From Candidatus Poribacteria bacterium (GTDB taxonomy: Bacteria > Poribacteria > WGA-4E > WGA-3G), in assembly GCA_965214095.1 (NCBI GenBank), contig OZ243938.1, positions 1,984,001 to 2,048,000 of the forward strand: a stretch of DNA of 64,000 bases, read 5' to 3'. The notes under the pieces were generated by a model. That model saw nothing but the letters and a program-made list of their open reading frames with translations, had not been told where the DNA came from and searched no databases. Position numbers and translations under genes: made by a program. Shown piece after piece: positions 36,660 to 47,075 of this stretch (its first letter is position 1; the number at the start of each line of letters is the position of its first letter).

Positions 36660-39185
36660 TTATTTTTTGATATGGTACTCTTCAAGGGATTGCTTGAAAT
36701 TGCTGTCCAAGGGTTCTACTAACTGGATGATTTTGTCGCGTTTTTGGATGTCGTTGCGGGATTGATATGTGTTGGCAAGTTTTCTTCCTGTGTCAATTAG
36801 GCGTTTCAGGAATTCAGTGGAGTCAAGTTTGTTTTTCAATGCCTGTTCGTATTTTGATAAGGCATTCTTGGGTTGTCCACGATTAACTAAGCAGATTGCC
36901 AGTGAACATTGGGTATGAAGTAACTTCGTCTTTACTGCTATAATTTCGGGAGTGTCTAGTTTATCCTCCAGTGCTTCTGTTTCTTCACCTTCTGTTGTTT
37001 CCTCCTTTGGTGGTGCTAATTTTGTGAGTCTTGCTATGAGACGCGATTCAATAGCACGGATGTTCTGATATGCTACAGCGTTACGAGGTTCTTTGGTAAG
37101 TGTGGCTTCATAGGCAGTTATTGCTTTCAAGTAATCGGACTTAATAGTATAGAGATAGCCGATCATGTTGTGGATATTCGTGCTCTTCTTGGATTCTGGG
37201 ATGCTATCAAAGACTTCAATAGCAACAGTGTATTTCTTCTGCTGCACGAGTTCGTTTCCACGTTTGAGTTGCATATTAAAGAGGGCTGCTGTTGCTTGTA
37301 GGTGTTCGGGATGGTTTGCGAGTATATGCTCCAATTGGGTTTTTGCTTTGTCGAACTGGCTTGCGTGCTGATATGCTTGCGATAGATTCAGACGGAGATT
37401 GATGTCTTCTGAGAATAGTGTTACTGCTTTTTCAAGTTGATCAACTGCTGTGGTGTGGTTTTTTTGGTTTATCAGATGTTGTGCGTATTGTTGATAGACT
37501 GCGATAAGGTTATGTTGTGCCTGTTCGTCATCTTGTTTTTGGTTGTATACCTTTTGAAACGCTGATAATGCTGATTGATATTGCCCTTTCTTGAGGTATA
37601 AGTCACCGAGCAATGCGTGAATATCGGGTTCATCTGGCTGGAGTTTTTTGAGTTCAAGATATGCTTCAATCGCTGCATCTATGTTGCCTTCAGCACGTCG
37701 TGCGTTTGCTTTCTGCCAGATAGCATCTACCATGTTCGTAGTTGCGATTTCAAGTTTTGGGTCTAATTTGCGTGCTTGCTTGTAGGCAACGATGGCTTCA
37801 TCCCATTTTTTCTGTTCTTTCAATGATACGCCATAACCGACATAACATTTTGCAAACTCTTGTTGTGTTGACATATCTGTGGGTTGGATTTTGAGTGCTT
37901 TTTTGTAGTTCTCAATTGCTTTTGTGAACATTCCATTTATGGAATATCCGTTTGCTAAATACTGATAGATTGTGGGGTTCTGAGGTTCAAGTTGAATTGC
38001 TTTTTTGCTATATTGTTCAGCAGATGGGAAGTCTTTGGTTTTCAGTGCGTGGTGTGTTTTTTCAAGATAGATTTGATGCATGTTTCGTTTTGTGGCTTGG
38101 TGGTGGGGTGAGATTTCTAAAACTTTTTCAAACGCCTGAATTGCTTTGTCTACTTCCCCTTGCCGATAGTGTAGCACACCGAGATGGTTGTATGCTATGG
38201 CGTTGTCTTGCTGTGTTTTCCGCTTGTCCGGTCTAACGAGTTTGTTCTGTAGTAGATCAATTGCAAGGGTCTGATTTCCTGTTTTTTCATAAGCTTGGGC
38301 GAGTTTATGTGATGCGTTGATATTATTGGGTTCAAGTCGGAGACATTCCTGAAAACTCTGGATTGCGGATTCGATGTCACCTTTGTCAAAGTGTATGGTT
38401 CCAAGTAGGTAGTGCAGACGAGGATGATCTGGTGTGCTTTCTATTGTTTTCATTAGGAGACCGATAATAACATCATGCTGAGGTGTGTTGAGTGGCGTGT
38501 TGTAGAGTTTGCGGAGTGTGTTTATATCGCGTTCGGTTGGGTGTTGTGCTGATACTACTGCATAATTGACATCTCCTTCATAAGGACTGTGCCCCCATAA
38601 ACCGAGAGCGTGTCCTAACTCATGGAGACAAACCACTCGCATTTCTTGCTGTGTTATGTCGTCAATTGATCCATCGCTTTCAAGTAAGAGGATAATGTCT
38701 ACTTTAAAATCTATTTCATTTTTTGCATCGGTAGGTTGTTCTTGTTGATCTGTGACTGGATCGGTTCCTGGTTGCTGCTCTGTGGTGTCGGATGCGAAGA
38801 TTATTTGTGTGCTGTTGTCAATGCGCGTGAGTTCTGCACTGCCGAGACGTGTGTCAAGATGTGTTATCAAGGTGCTTTCTCCGGCACTGATACGGATGTC
38901 TGCTTCTTCGGATATGTCGGTTTCTTGAAATGTGATGAGTTGTTCGGTGGCAGTTTCCCATTCTTGCATTGCATACCGTAGTTCTGGTAGGTATGGACTG
39001 TCTTTTATTTTTTGCGAGATGTAGACTTGTATCGGCATTTCTGTGAATCGTGTGATTCTGCCGTCTGAGAAGAGTGTGATGTGGTTGAAGTAGTCAGATG
39101 CGGGGTTGGTGTGGTCGTGTGCAGTTAGGGGTGTTGTGGGGGTTAGGATGATGAAGGTGAGAAGGGGTAGTATCCTGAAAAACAC
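36660..39185 (-). CDS. secreted matrixin-like Zn protease with long TPR array
   Basis: Signal peptide; HELGHALGLWGHS; many TPRs. Confidence 0.88.
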   Translation of the reverse strand: MFFRILPLLTFIILTPTTPLTAHDHTNPASDYFNHITLFSDGRITRFTEMPIQVYISQKIKDSPYLPELRYAMQEWETATEQLITFQETDISEEADIRISAGESTLITHLDTRLGSAELTRIDNSTQIIFASDTTEQQPGTDPVTDQQEQPTDAKNEIDFKVDIILLLESDGSIDDITQQEMRVVCLHELGHALGLWGHSPYEGDVNYAVVSAQHPTERDINTLRKLYNTPLNTPQHDVIIGLLMKTIESTPDHPRLHYLLGTIHFDKGDIESAIQSFQECLRLEPNNINASHKLAQAYEKTGNQTLAIDLLQNKLVRPDKRKTQQDNAIAYNHLGVLHYRQGEVDKAIQAFEKVLEISPHHQATKRNMHQIYLEKTHHALKTKDFPSAEQYSKKAIQLEPQNPTIYQYLANGYSINGMFTKAIENYKKALKIQPTDMSTQQEFAKCYVGYGVSLKEQKKWDEAIVAYKQARKLDPKLEIATTNMVDAIWQKANARRAEGNIDAAIEAYLELKKLQPDEPDIHALLGDLYLKKGQYQSALSAFQKVYNQKQDDEQAQHNLIAVYQQYAQHLINQKNHTTAVDQLEKAVTLFSEDINLRLNLSQAYQHASQFDKAKTQLEHILANHPEHLQATAALFNMQLKRGNELVQQKKYTVAIEVFDSIPESKKSTNIHNMIGYLYTIKSDYLKAITAYEATLTKEPRNAVAYQNIRAIESRLIARLTKLAPPKEETTEGEETEALEDKLDTPEIIAVKTKLLHTQCSLAICLVNRGQPKNALSKYEQALKNKLDSTEFLKRLIDTGRKLANTYQSRNDIQKRDKIIQLVEPLDSNFKQSLEEYHIKK

Positions 39186-39291
39186 AACGGAATTCCTTAT
39201 GTGAAAAGATTTATGAATTCGGTAAAGAAGAAAACTAAGTCACATTATATTTCTCTCGTATATTCTGTCAAGTTTTGATTTGGTCGGGAAA

Positions 39292-40461
39292 CTAACTCCG
39301 ACTCGCCAGTTTATTTGCAAAAATGCTAATCAGCCCACCCAACATCAGATACCCGAAAATCACTTCCATCGTGACAAGGAAACGTGCTGTGGCATTGTCC
39401 GCAACGACATCACCGAAACCGAGTGTCGTAAAGGTAACAATGCTGAAATAGAAGGAATTCCAAAACGTTAATGACTCACCACTATATGTCCCCGTTGACT
39501 GATGAAACTGCGGTGACCAGTCCAGGATCCACTCTGGCAACCATGATGGAAACGGCATGTATGCGATAGCAAACAGTAATGCAAAGAAAAGGGACCAGAA
39601 CCCCCACAGACCAAGGTTGCGTCCATAATCCGAACTCCATCTCCATAGGCGCGCTAACAACGGATTCGCTTTTTTGAACGCACGGATAAACTGCTGGTCT
39701 GCAATATATCTCTTAAAAAACGGATTCGCGACTTCGTCCACATGCTGACTGTCTAAATAGAATTCAGTCGGTCTATTTAGATTCTTAGAGAACCGATTGA
39801 TAATTGATTGACGGATAGTGTTCGGGATGTAATGGACATCCCTGAAAGATGCGACAGCAGCAAATTTTGCAGCAGTAAAACGCGAGGTACCGATAAAGGT
39901 TGCACGATTAAAAACAGCTGCACCTGCGAAGTTTGTTCCTGTACTGTCAAGTGTCTGTTGGAATTGGACTTGACTGAAGTTTGCTTCCTTTTGAAATTGT
40001 GCCTCATGAAAGACAGCGTTCTGGTGGAAATGTGCTTGGTGGAAATCCGCTACATTGTGAAAATCCGCACGCCAGAAACTGACGCTTTTGTGGAAGATAG
40101 CACTATGGAAGTTAGCACGTCTCTGAAATGTAACTTCTCGAAATTCACATGGATTTTCAAGCATGGCTTCATCAAAATCAAGGTCTGCTTCAAAGATTGA
40201 CCGTCTGAAAGACATCTCTTTTTGAAAAACGACTGACCGAAAATTGACCACGTTTTTGAATATGCACCCGTTACAAGTGAGCGATTTGTTTAGAAAGATT
40301 CGGTCATTTTCGTCACGTTCAATTTCTGAAGAGAAAAGGTCAACAACACCTTCAATCTTACAATTGGTTAGTGTGATGTCAGTTACATCGCTTTCCAACA
40401 CATCAAGAAACTCTCGTGCATCAATTGTCTCACCTTGCTTTTCATACATTGATTTTGTCAT
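39292..40461 (-). CDS. pentapeptide-repeat protein with 2TM K+ channel domain
   Basis: A.F..A.F repeats; FYFSIVTFTTLGFGD selectivity filter. Confidence 0.88.
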   Translation of the reverse strand: MTKSMYEKQGETIDAREFLDVLESDVTDITLTNCKIEGVVDLFSSEIERDENDRIFLNKSLTCNGCIFKNVVNFRSVVFQKEMSFRRSIFEADLDFDEAMLENPCEFREVTFQRRANFHSAIFHKSVSFWRADFHNVADFHQAHFHQNAVFHEAQFQKEANFSQVQFQQTLDSTGTNFAGAAVFNRATFIGTSRFTAAKFAAVASFRDVHYIPNTIRQSIINRFSKNLNRPTEFYLDSQHVDEVANPFFKRYIADQQFIRAFKKANPLLARLWRWSSDYGRNLGLWGFWSLFFALLFAIAYMPFPSWLPEWILDWSPQFHQSTGTYSGESLTFWNSFYFSIVTFTTLGFGDVVADNATARFLVTMEVIFGYLMLGGLISIFANKLASRS

Positions 40462-40649
40462 ATAGTAGATTTTGAAATTACTTGAACACCCAACATCGGC
40501 GAGGTTAGGAAACCTCGCCTACCGTGGGGCGAAAGTGTCAACTTATATTTATAATTCACTATAACATTTGTCAATAATGCCTTGAACGACGGCACAAACT
40601 GCCAGTTTGTGCTACAAAAATGCGGCGTTTTCAATTAGAAATGGTATTA
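40461..40649. repeat. family B element plus right half of family A
   Basis: B 40461-40563, then the A right arm; left end overlaps the ATG of the channel gene. Confidence 0.8.
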
Positions 40650-40652
40650 TAC

Positions 40653-41807
40653 TTATTCAGACATTTGTGACCAACCGGTGCTTGCGCGTATAGCATCAAT
40701 AGCTATTTGATAACGCCATCCGTCTTGGAATGTGAGATAGGGTTCATGGGGTCGGTCTTCAATATCTGCGAGTAAATCACGGACGAGGGCAGTCCATTTA
40801 TTCTGTATCTCATCTCCGATTTGTGGTAGGTCGTCTTGTAATTCCTGCGGAACAGAAAACTCCTCTACTTCTTCGCCTACATGTTTTGTGATGTGATGAA
40901 GGATGTGTCCGCCTCTACCGACGAGTGTGCCTTGTGTGCCGTAGAAGAACCAACCACCATCGGGTCTATGTGATGGCACACCGGGATGCGTTGCCATTGT
41001 CACAAGGATTGAGTTACCAGTGTCTTTGTTTGGTTTTCCTAACTTGAAGAAGGCAGTATAATCCCATTCAGCGTCACAATCTCGCCATTCAAGTTTTGAT
41101 GCTTCTTCTTGTGTGATCATGGTGCTTCGCCAGACTCGCCAGTCACGTATTTCAGGGACAACGGGGGCTTTTCTCGGATGGATTTTTGCCTCACCGACAG
41201 CTGCCGTAGTTTTCATACCGGTCATCCGCTCAAGCATACCGAGTCGATGTGTGAGTCCGTTGTTCAATGCGCCGCCACCGTGTGCGAGTGAACTCATCCA
41301 ATTCCACGGCTTAATCTTATCTGAAGGGGGACCGTGGATTCTGCGTGTATATCCGACATCAACTGCTGTCAACTCACCGATGATTTTCTTTTCTGTCAGC
41401 AGTTGGCGCACATAAGCAACACTCGGATCGTACCGGTGGGTGGCAGCGAAAGCGTGCTTTAGGTCCGTGTCTTTGATGAGGTTGTAGATATGAGTTGCGT
41501 CCTCTGCGTTGAGTGCGAGTGGTTTTTCACATACAATGTGGCATCCGAGTTCAACGACTAATTCAACTACCTCAGTGCGTAAAATAGCAGGAGTAGTGAT
41601 TGCGACGATATCTGGCTTATGTTCCAACAAACTCTTGCGCCAGTCAATTGAAGCATTTGGAACACCTAATTCGGTGGCGACTCTCCCAACGATTTCAGGT
41701 TTGCGCGCACAGATGGCAAGTACTTCTACACCGTAATGTTGGAATGCTTTTATGTGTCCTTCTGCTGACCATCCTGCACCGACAACGATGGCTGTTAGTT
41801 TTTTCAT
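40653..41807 (-). CDS. Gfo/Idh/MocA oxidoreductase
   Basis: VVGAGW, IVCEKPLA. Confidence 0.9.
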   Translation of the reverse strand: MKKLTAIVVGAGWSAEGHIKAFQHYGVEVLAICARKPEIVGRVATELGVPNASIDWRKSLLEHKPDIVAITTPAILRTEVVELVVELGCHIVCEKPLALNAEDATHIYNLIKDTDLKHAFAATHRYDPSVAYVRQLLTEKKIIGELTAVDVGYTRRIHGPPSDKIKPWNWMSSLAHGGGALNNGLTHRLGMLERMTGMKTTAAVGEAKIHPRKAPVVPEIRDWRVWRSTMITQEEASKLEWRDCDAEWDYTAFFKLGKPNKDTGNSILVTMATHPGVPSHRPDGGWFFYGTQGTLVGRGGHILHHITKHVGEEVEEFSVPQELQDDLPQIGDEIQNKWTALVRDLLADIEDRPHEPYLTFQDGWRYQIAIDAIRASTGWSQMSE

Positions 41808-41842
41808 CTGATGATAGTTCCTAACGGACGAATTTGATATAC

Positions 41843-43531
41843 TTAATTCTCAATATACAAATTCGGAATTTTCTTCTTGAGTTTACGAATCTGGGTTTTG
41901 TCTTGAATTGAATTATCTTTGAGAAATAAATACCTTAACCGCTTACAATTTTCAATGGGACTAATGTTACGGATTTGATTTTCATGAAGATCCAAGTATC
42001 CAAGTTGTGTCAAACGAGAAAGCGGAGTGACATTGCTAATATGATTCTTATAAAGCGTTAAGTGCTTCAACTGCGTCAGATTAGTGAGTGGTGTTAGGTC
42101 GTTTATCTGATTTCCACCAAGCTTTAATTGTATCAGTCGCGTCAAATTGGTGAGTGGTGTAAGGTCGCTGATGTGAGTTATCGCGAGTCCTAAATATGTC
42201 AATTGTGTTAAATCAGCAATTGGAGTGAGGTCACTAATTTGATTACGAGAGAGCTTCAAGGTCTTCAACTGCTTTAAATCAGCGAGGGGTGTAAGGTTAC
42301 TAATTTGATTACGAGAAAGATCTAAGCGTTTAAGCTGCTTTAGACCGCTAACCGGTGTAAGATCACTAATTTGATTATCATCAAGCGATAACTCTGTCAA
42401 CTCTGTTAACTTATTGAGTATTGTAAGGTCGTGGATTTGAGTGCCAGAAAGTCTTAATCGCTTCAATGTTTTCACTTTAGACAAGAGCGTTGCAAGAGGT
42501 GATAGGTCATTAATTTGAAGGTTATCAACTACTAAATGCGTTAATTGTGTCAACTCCGCAAGTGGTGTGAGATCACTAATTGGATTGTTTTCAAGTCTCA
42601 AATCTGTCAATTGTGTCAACTCCGCAAGTGGTGTGAGATCATTGATTAGATTATCACCAAGACTTAAAAGCAGCAATTGCTTCAATTCTGTAAGCGGTGA
42701 AATGTCTTCAATTTTATTATCAGTGAGCCATAAGTAATCAAGTTGTGTTAATCCGGCGAGTGGTGAAATATCTTCAATTTTGTTAGAATTAAGTGCCAAG
42801 TGATTCAGTCTCGTCAAATTAGCCAATGGTGTGATGTCACGAATCTGATTAGCACGGAGGTTTAAATATCCGAGCTCCGTGAATCCTGTAAACTGTGACA
42901 GATCCTCTATTTTATTGAATTCAATAGTTAATGCTTTCAGTTGCTTTAACTCGGTGAGTGGTGTGATGTCGCTAATAGAATTCCTACCACTGAATTGATT
43001 CTGCCAAATATGTTGGCTTCCCGCAATTCTTAACTCGTTCAGTTCTGTTAATTCAGCAAGTGGTGTGAGACCTTTGTTTGAATAATTGCTAAGCCATAAG
43101 CGTTTTAGTTGTTTTAACTTAGCAAGCGGGAGAAAATCTTGAATTGGATTTTTCTCAAGTTTTAATTCTGTCAGGTGTACCAATCCGGATAAAGGTGTGA
43201 TGTCAAAGATTTCATTACTATATAGATCTAACGTTTCCAATTGTGTCAATTCTGCAAGAGGTGTGATATCATTTAGATGGTTATATGATAGTTTTAAAGT
43301 CGTTAAACCCGTTGCTTCTTCTAATCCATTTAAGTTCTTGATCTCTCTTGCTTCTGCAGAAAACTCTTTTAGTTCTTTCAGATTCTCTTTCGGAATTGGT
43401 TCGGTTTCCGCTATACCAAGCACTTCACGTACGGCAGCAGCTAAGTTAGGATCTGGTATTGCCACATTTTGGTTAGATGAGCAACTTAGGAAAACCGCAA
43501 GAAGTATAAGAATAGTAAAAGAATGTTTCAT
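41843..43531 (-). CDS. internalin-like LRR lipoprotein
   Basis: FLSC lipobox; IPDPNL cap; 22-aa LxxLxLxxNxIxDLTPL repeats. Confidence 0.93.
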   Translation of the reverse strand: MKHSFTILILLAVFLSCSSNQNVAIPDPNLAAAVREVLGIAETEPIPKENLKELKEFSAEAREIKNLNGLEEATGLTTLKLSYNHLNDITPLAELTQLETLDLYSNEIFDITPLSGLVHLTELKLEKNPIQDFLPLAKLKQLKRLWLSNYSNKGLTPLAELTELNELRIAGSQHIWQNQFSGRNSISDITPLTELKQLKALTIEFNKIEDLSQFTGFTELGYLNLRANQIRDITPLANLTRLNHLALNSNKIEDISPLAGLTQLDYLWLTDNKIEDISPLTELKQLLLLSLGDNLINDLTPLAELTQLTDLRLENNPISDLTPLAELTQLTHLVVDNLQINDLSPLATLLSKVKTLKRLRLSGTQIHDLTILNKLTELTELSLDDNQISDLTPVSGLKQLKRLDLSRNQISNLTPLADLKQLKTLKLSRNQISDLTPIADLTQLTYLGLAITHISDLTPLTNLTRLIQLKLGGNQINDLTPLTNLTQLKHLTLYKNHISNVTPLSRLTQLGYLDLHENQIRNISPIENCKRLRYLFLKDNSIQDKTQIRKLKKKIPNLYIEN

Positions 43532-43614
43532 TGATTATACCTTGACATAAATTATAGCAAAAATGTGAGTTTTCAGCGCGCTTGCAAAACGCGCTTGCAT
43601 ATAATTATTTACAA

Positions 43615-45081
43615 TTATACCAAGATTTCGTTGACGACACGCGCTTTTTCTTCAACACCAGTCAACCGATGATCTAATCCTTGGAACTTGTATGTCAACC
43701 GTTCATGGTCAATACCGAGTTGGTTGAGGATAGTTGCGTTTAGGTCTCGGACAGAAACAGGGTCTTTGATGACGTTGTAACTGAAATCGTCAGTTTCACC
43801 GTAAACGATTCCGGGTTTGATACCAGCTCCTGCCATCCACATCGTAAAGCATTTCGGGTGATGGTCCCGTCCGTAGTTATCCTTTTTGAGTGCCCCTTGG
43901 CAGTAGACGGTGCGTCCGAATTCACCACCCCACACAACGAGTGTATCGTCAAGCATACCGCGCTGTTTTAGGTCTTGGACAAGTGCTGTAGAGGGTTGGT
44001 CAATGTCACGACACTGATTTCTTATATCGTTGGGTAGGTTCCCGTGCTGGTCCCAACCACGATGGAAGATTTGAACGAGTCGTACATCGCGTTCCATCAT
44101 CCGCCGTGCGAGGATACAACAATTTGCGAATGTGCCGGGTGTGTTGACATCGGGTCCGTACTTCTCCTTGATGTTGTCCGGTTCCTGATTTAGGTCTGTG
44201 AGTTCGGGAACAGAGGACTGCATGCGGAATGCCATTTCATACTGTGAGATACGCGCATGCGTTTCTGGATCGCCGACTTCTTCATAGATTTCTTCGTTGA
44301 GTTTGACTAACGTGTCAAGCATCCGTTTTCGTGTCTTTTCATTCATGCCTTTCGGATTAGATAGGAAAAGCACGGGATCACCTTGACTACGGAGCAGAAC
44401 ACCTTGATGCTCGGAAGGCAAGAATCCTGAACCCCAGAGGCGGTTATAGAGTGCTTGTGCAGATTTTCTCCCAGTCCATGTTGCGTTCATAACAATGAAA
44501 GCGGGAAGGTTTCTGTTTTCAGTGCCTAACCCGTAGCTAAGCCATGCGCCGAGACTTGGTTTGCCGGGAGTTTCATCACCTGTGCAAACAAAGGTGATCG
44601 CAGGGTCGTGGTTAATGGCATCAGTATGTACCGATTTGACGATAGCGATGTCCTTTACCATCGTTGCGGTATGTGGGAGCAATTCGCTGAGCCATGCGCC
44701 GTCACTACCGTTGTCGTGCTTTTTAAACTCAAAGATGGAAGGGGCAATTGGGAAACGTTTCTGTCCGGAGGTCATCGTAGTGAGACGTTGTCCCATCCGA
44801 ACGGTCTCAGGTAAGTCTTTATCAAAGAATTCACCCATCTTGGGTTTGTAGTCATACATATCCATCTGTGAGGGTGCGCCGGACATAAATAGGTAGATAG
44901 CGCGTTTTGCTTTTGGTGCGAAATGTGGAAGTTCAGATAATCCACCAGTTTGTTGTTCAAGGGCGCGGACGATGCTATTCGGTAGCAGCGAAGCGAGAGC
45001 AGCACCGCCAAGTCCCATCGCACATTTACCGAAAAATTGTCGGCGTGTTTCAAGCTGCAAATATTCTTTGATCGGGTCCAT
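43615..45081 (-). CDS. DUF1501 (alkaline-phosphatase/sulfatase-superfamily) Tat-exported protein, paralog 2
   Basis: TRRQFF; [21 protein letters not shown]; GWDQH; GGEFGRT; GRDHH. Confidence 0.92.
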   Translation of the reverse strand: MDPIKEYLQLETRRQFFGKCAMGLGGAALASLLPNSIVRALEQQTGGLSELPHFAPKAKRAIYLFMSGAPSQMDMYDYKPKMGEFFDKDLPETVRMGQRLTTMTSGQKRFPIAPSIFEFKKHDNGSDGAWLSELLPHTATMVKDIAIVKSVHTDAINHDPAITFVCTGDETPGKPSLGAWLSYGLGTENRNLPAFIVMNATWTGRKSAQALYNRLWGSGFLPSEHQGVLLRSQGDPVLFLSNPKGMNEKTRKRMLDTLVKLNEEIYEEVGDPETHARISQYEMAFRMQSSVPELTDLNQEPDNIKEKYGPDVNTPGTFANCCILARRMMERDVRLVQIFHRGWDQHGNLPNDIRNQCRDIDQPSTALVQDLKQRGMLDDTLVVWGGEFGRTVYCQGALKKDNYGRDHHPKCFTMWMAGAGIKPGIVYGETDDFSYNVIKDPVSVRDLNATILNQLGIDHERLTYKFQGLDHRLTGVEEKARVVNEILV

Positions 45082-45144
45082 TGTCAGTCTCCTTTAGAAA
45101 AATTTCCTCATGATTCAGTGATGCTTTGTTATCCAATGCAGTTT

Positions 45145-45281
45145 TATAGTAAAACTACAATTATTTACACACTACGGTAGGTTCGGTTTCCTAACCGAAC
45201 CGGTGTTTGTTCAGTGTTATAGATGCGGTTAGGAAACCGCATCTACCGGGGAGTGTGCATGTATTTTTACATTTCACTATA
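45145..45281. repeat. TA-bounded element carrying an inverted REP doublet
   Basis: TATAGT...GTAGGTTCGGTTTCCTAACCGAACC...AGATGCGGTTAGGAAACCGCATCTAC...CACTATA. Confidence 0.75.
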
Positions 45282-45323
45282 ATATTGTTCTACATCTGAA
45301 AGTTGTTTTATGGCACGTTAATC

Positions 45324-45491
45324 CTAACTTCGACTCGCAAGTTTATTGGCGAAAATACTGATTAGTCCACCGAGCATGACATATCCGAATATGACTTCAA
45401 GTGTAACGAGGATACGAGCCGCTGTATTATCCGCGACCACATCCCCGAATCCCAGTGTTGTAAAGGTTACGATACTGAAGTAAACTGACAT
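45324..45491 (-). CDS. 55-aa K+ channel pore + inner helix ORF or remnant (paralog of the C-terminus of 39292-40461)
   Basis: Manual translation MSVYFSIVTFTTLGFGDVVADNTAARILVTLEVIFGYVMLGGLISIFANKLASRS*. Confidence 0.75.
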   Translation of the reverse strand: MSVYFSIVTFTTLGFGDVVADNTAARILVTLEVIFGYVMLGGLISIFANKLASRS

Positions 45492-45546
45492 TCTATAAAT
45501 CTATGGATATTTGTATTACGTCAATAGAGAATTTCACAAAACTAAT

Positions 45547-47025
45547 TTATGCTAATATCTCATTAACAACACGTGCTTTTTCTTCAACGCCAGTTAATCG
45601 GTGGTCGAGTCCTTGGAACTTATAGGTTAACCGTTCGTGGTCAATCCCAAGTTGGTTGAGGATAGTTGCGTTTAGATCTCTGACAGGGACGGGGTCTTTT
45701 ACGATGTTGTAACTGAAGTCGTCCGTTTCACCGTAGACAATTCCGCCTTTGATGCCAGCACCTGCCATCCACATCGTGAAGCATTTCGGGTGATGGTCAC
45801 GTCCATAATTATCCTTCTTGAGAGCACCTTGGCAGTAAACGGTTCTTCCGAATTCACCACCCCACACAACGAGTGTATCGTCAAGCATACCGCGTTGTTT
45901 CAAGTCTTGGACGAGTGCGGTTGCGGGTTGGTCAATGTCGCGTGCTTGATTTCTAATGTTCTTGGGCAAATCACCGTGCTGGTCCCAACCGCGATGGAAG
46001 ATCTGTACCAGGCGGACATCGCGTTCCATCATTCTACGCGCAAGGATGCAGCAATTTGCAAAAGTGCCGGGTGTGTCAACTTCGGGACCATACATCTCCT
46101 TAACTTTGTCAGATTCCTGTTTTAAGTCTGTGAGTTCGGGAACTGAGGTCTGCATGCGATATGCCATCTCATATTGTGAGATACGGGCATGCGTTTCTGG
46201 ATCACCGACTTCTTCATAGATTTCCTCGTTGAGCTTGACTAACGTATCAAGCATCTGTTTGCGTGTCTTTTCATTCATTCCTTTCGGATTTGAGAGGAAC
46301 AGCACCGGATCGCCTTGACTGCGGAGTAGCACCCCTTGATGTTCTGATGGAAGGAAACCGGAACCCCAGAGACGGTTATAGAGTGCTTGTGCACCCTTTG
46401 GACCGCTCCATGTTGCGTTCATCACAATGAATGCGGGTAGGTTTTGGTTTTCACTACCGAGACCATAACTCAACCATGCACCGAGACTGGGTTTGCCGGG
46501 GGTTTCGTCTCCAGTACACACAAAGGTGATTGCTGGGTCGTGGTTGATCGCATCAGTATGTACCGATTTGACAATAGCAATGTCCTTTACCATAGATGCA
46601 GTATGAGGTAACAATTCGCTAAGCCATGCACCATCGCCACCGTTGTCATGCTTTTTGAACTCAAAGATAGAAGGCGCGATTGGAAAACGTGCTTGTCCGG
46701 AGGTCATCGTGGTGAGACGTTGTCCCATCCGAACGGTCTCAGGTAAGTCTTTATCGAAGAATTCACCCATTTTTGGTTTGTAGTCAAATAGGTCCATCTG
46801 TGATGGTGCCCCTGACATAAATAGGTAAATGGCGCGTTTTGCTTTTGGTGCGAAGTGCGGGAGTTCAGGTAAACCGCCAACTCGTACTCCTGCTTGCTGT
46901 TCAAGTGCAGTGGCAACGCTATTGGGCAGTAATGATGCGAGGGCTGCACCACCAAGTCCCATTGCACACTTGCCGAAGAATTGGCGACGTGTTTCAAGTT
47001 TTAAAAATTCCTTAATCGGGTCCAT
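45547..47025 (-). CDS. DUF1501 Tat-exported protein, paralog 1
   Basis: Same motifs; highly similar to 43615-45081. Confidence 0.92.
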   Translation of the reverse strand: MDPIKEFLKLETRRQFFGKCAMGLGGAALASLLPNSVATALEQQAGVRVGGLPELPHFAPKAKRAIYLFMSGAPSQMDLFDYKPKMGEFFDKDLPETVRMGQRLTTMTSGQARFPIAPSIFEFKKHDNGGDGAWLSELLPHTASMVKDIAIVKSVHTDAINHDPAITFVCTGDETPGKPSLGAWLSYGLGSENQNLPAFIVMNATWSGPKGAQALYNRLWGSGFLPSEHQGVLLRSQGDPVLFLSNPKGMNEKTRKQMLDTLVKLNEEIYEEVGDPETHARISQYEMAYRMQTSVPELTDLKQESDKVKEMYGPEVDTPGTFANCCILARRMMERDVRLVQIFHRGWDQHGDLPKNIRNQARDIDQPATALVQDLKQRGMLDDTLVVWGGEFGRTVYCQGALKKDNYGRDHHPKCFTMWMAGAGIKGGIVYGETDDFSYNIVKDPVPVRDLNATILNQLGIDHERLTYKFQGLDHRLTGVEEKARVVNEILA

Positions 47026-47075
47026 TATAATCTCCTTTTGCAATGCCTACTGCTAATTTAGGACATTGCTACGCT

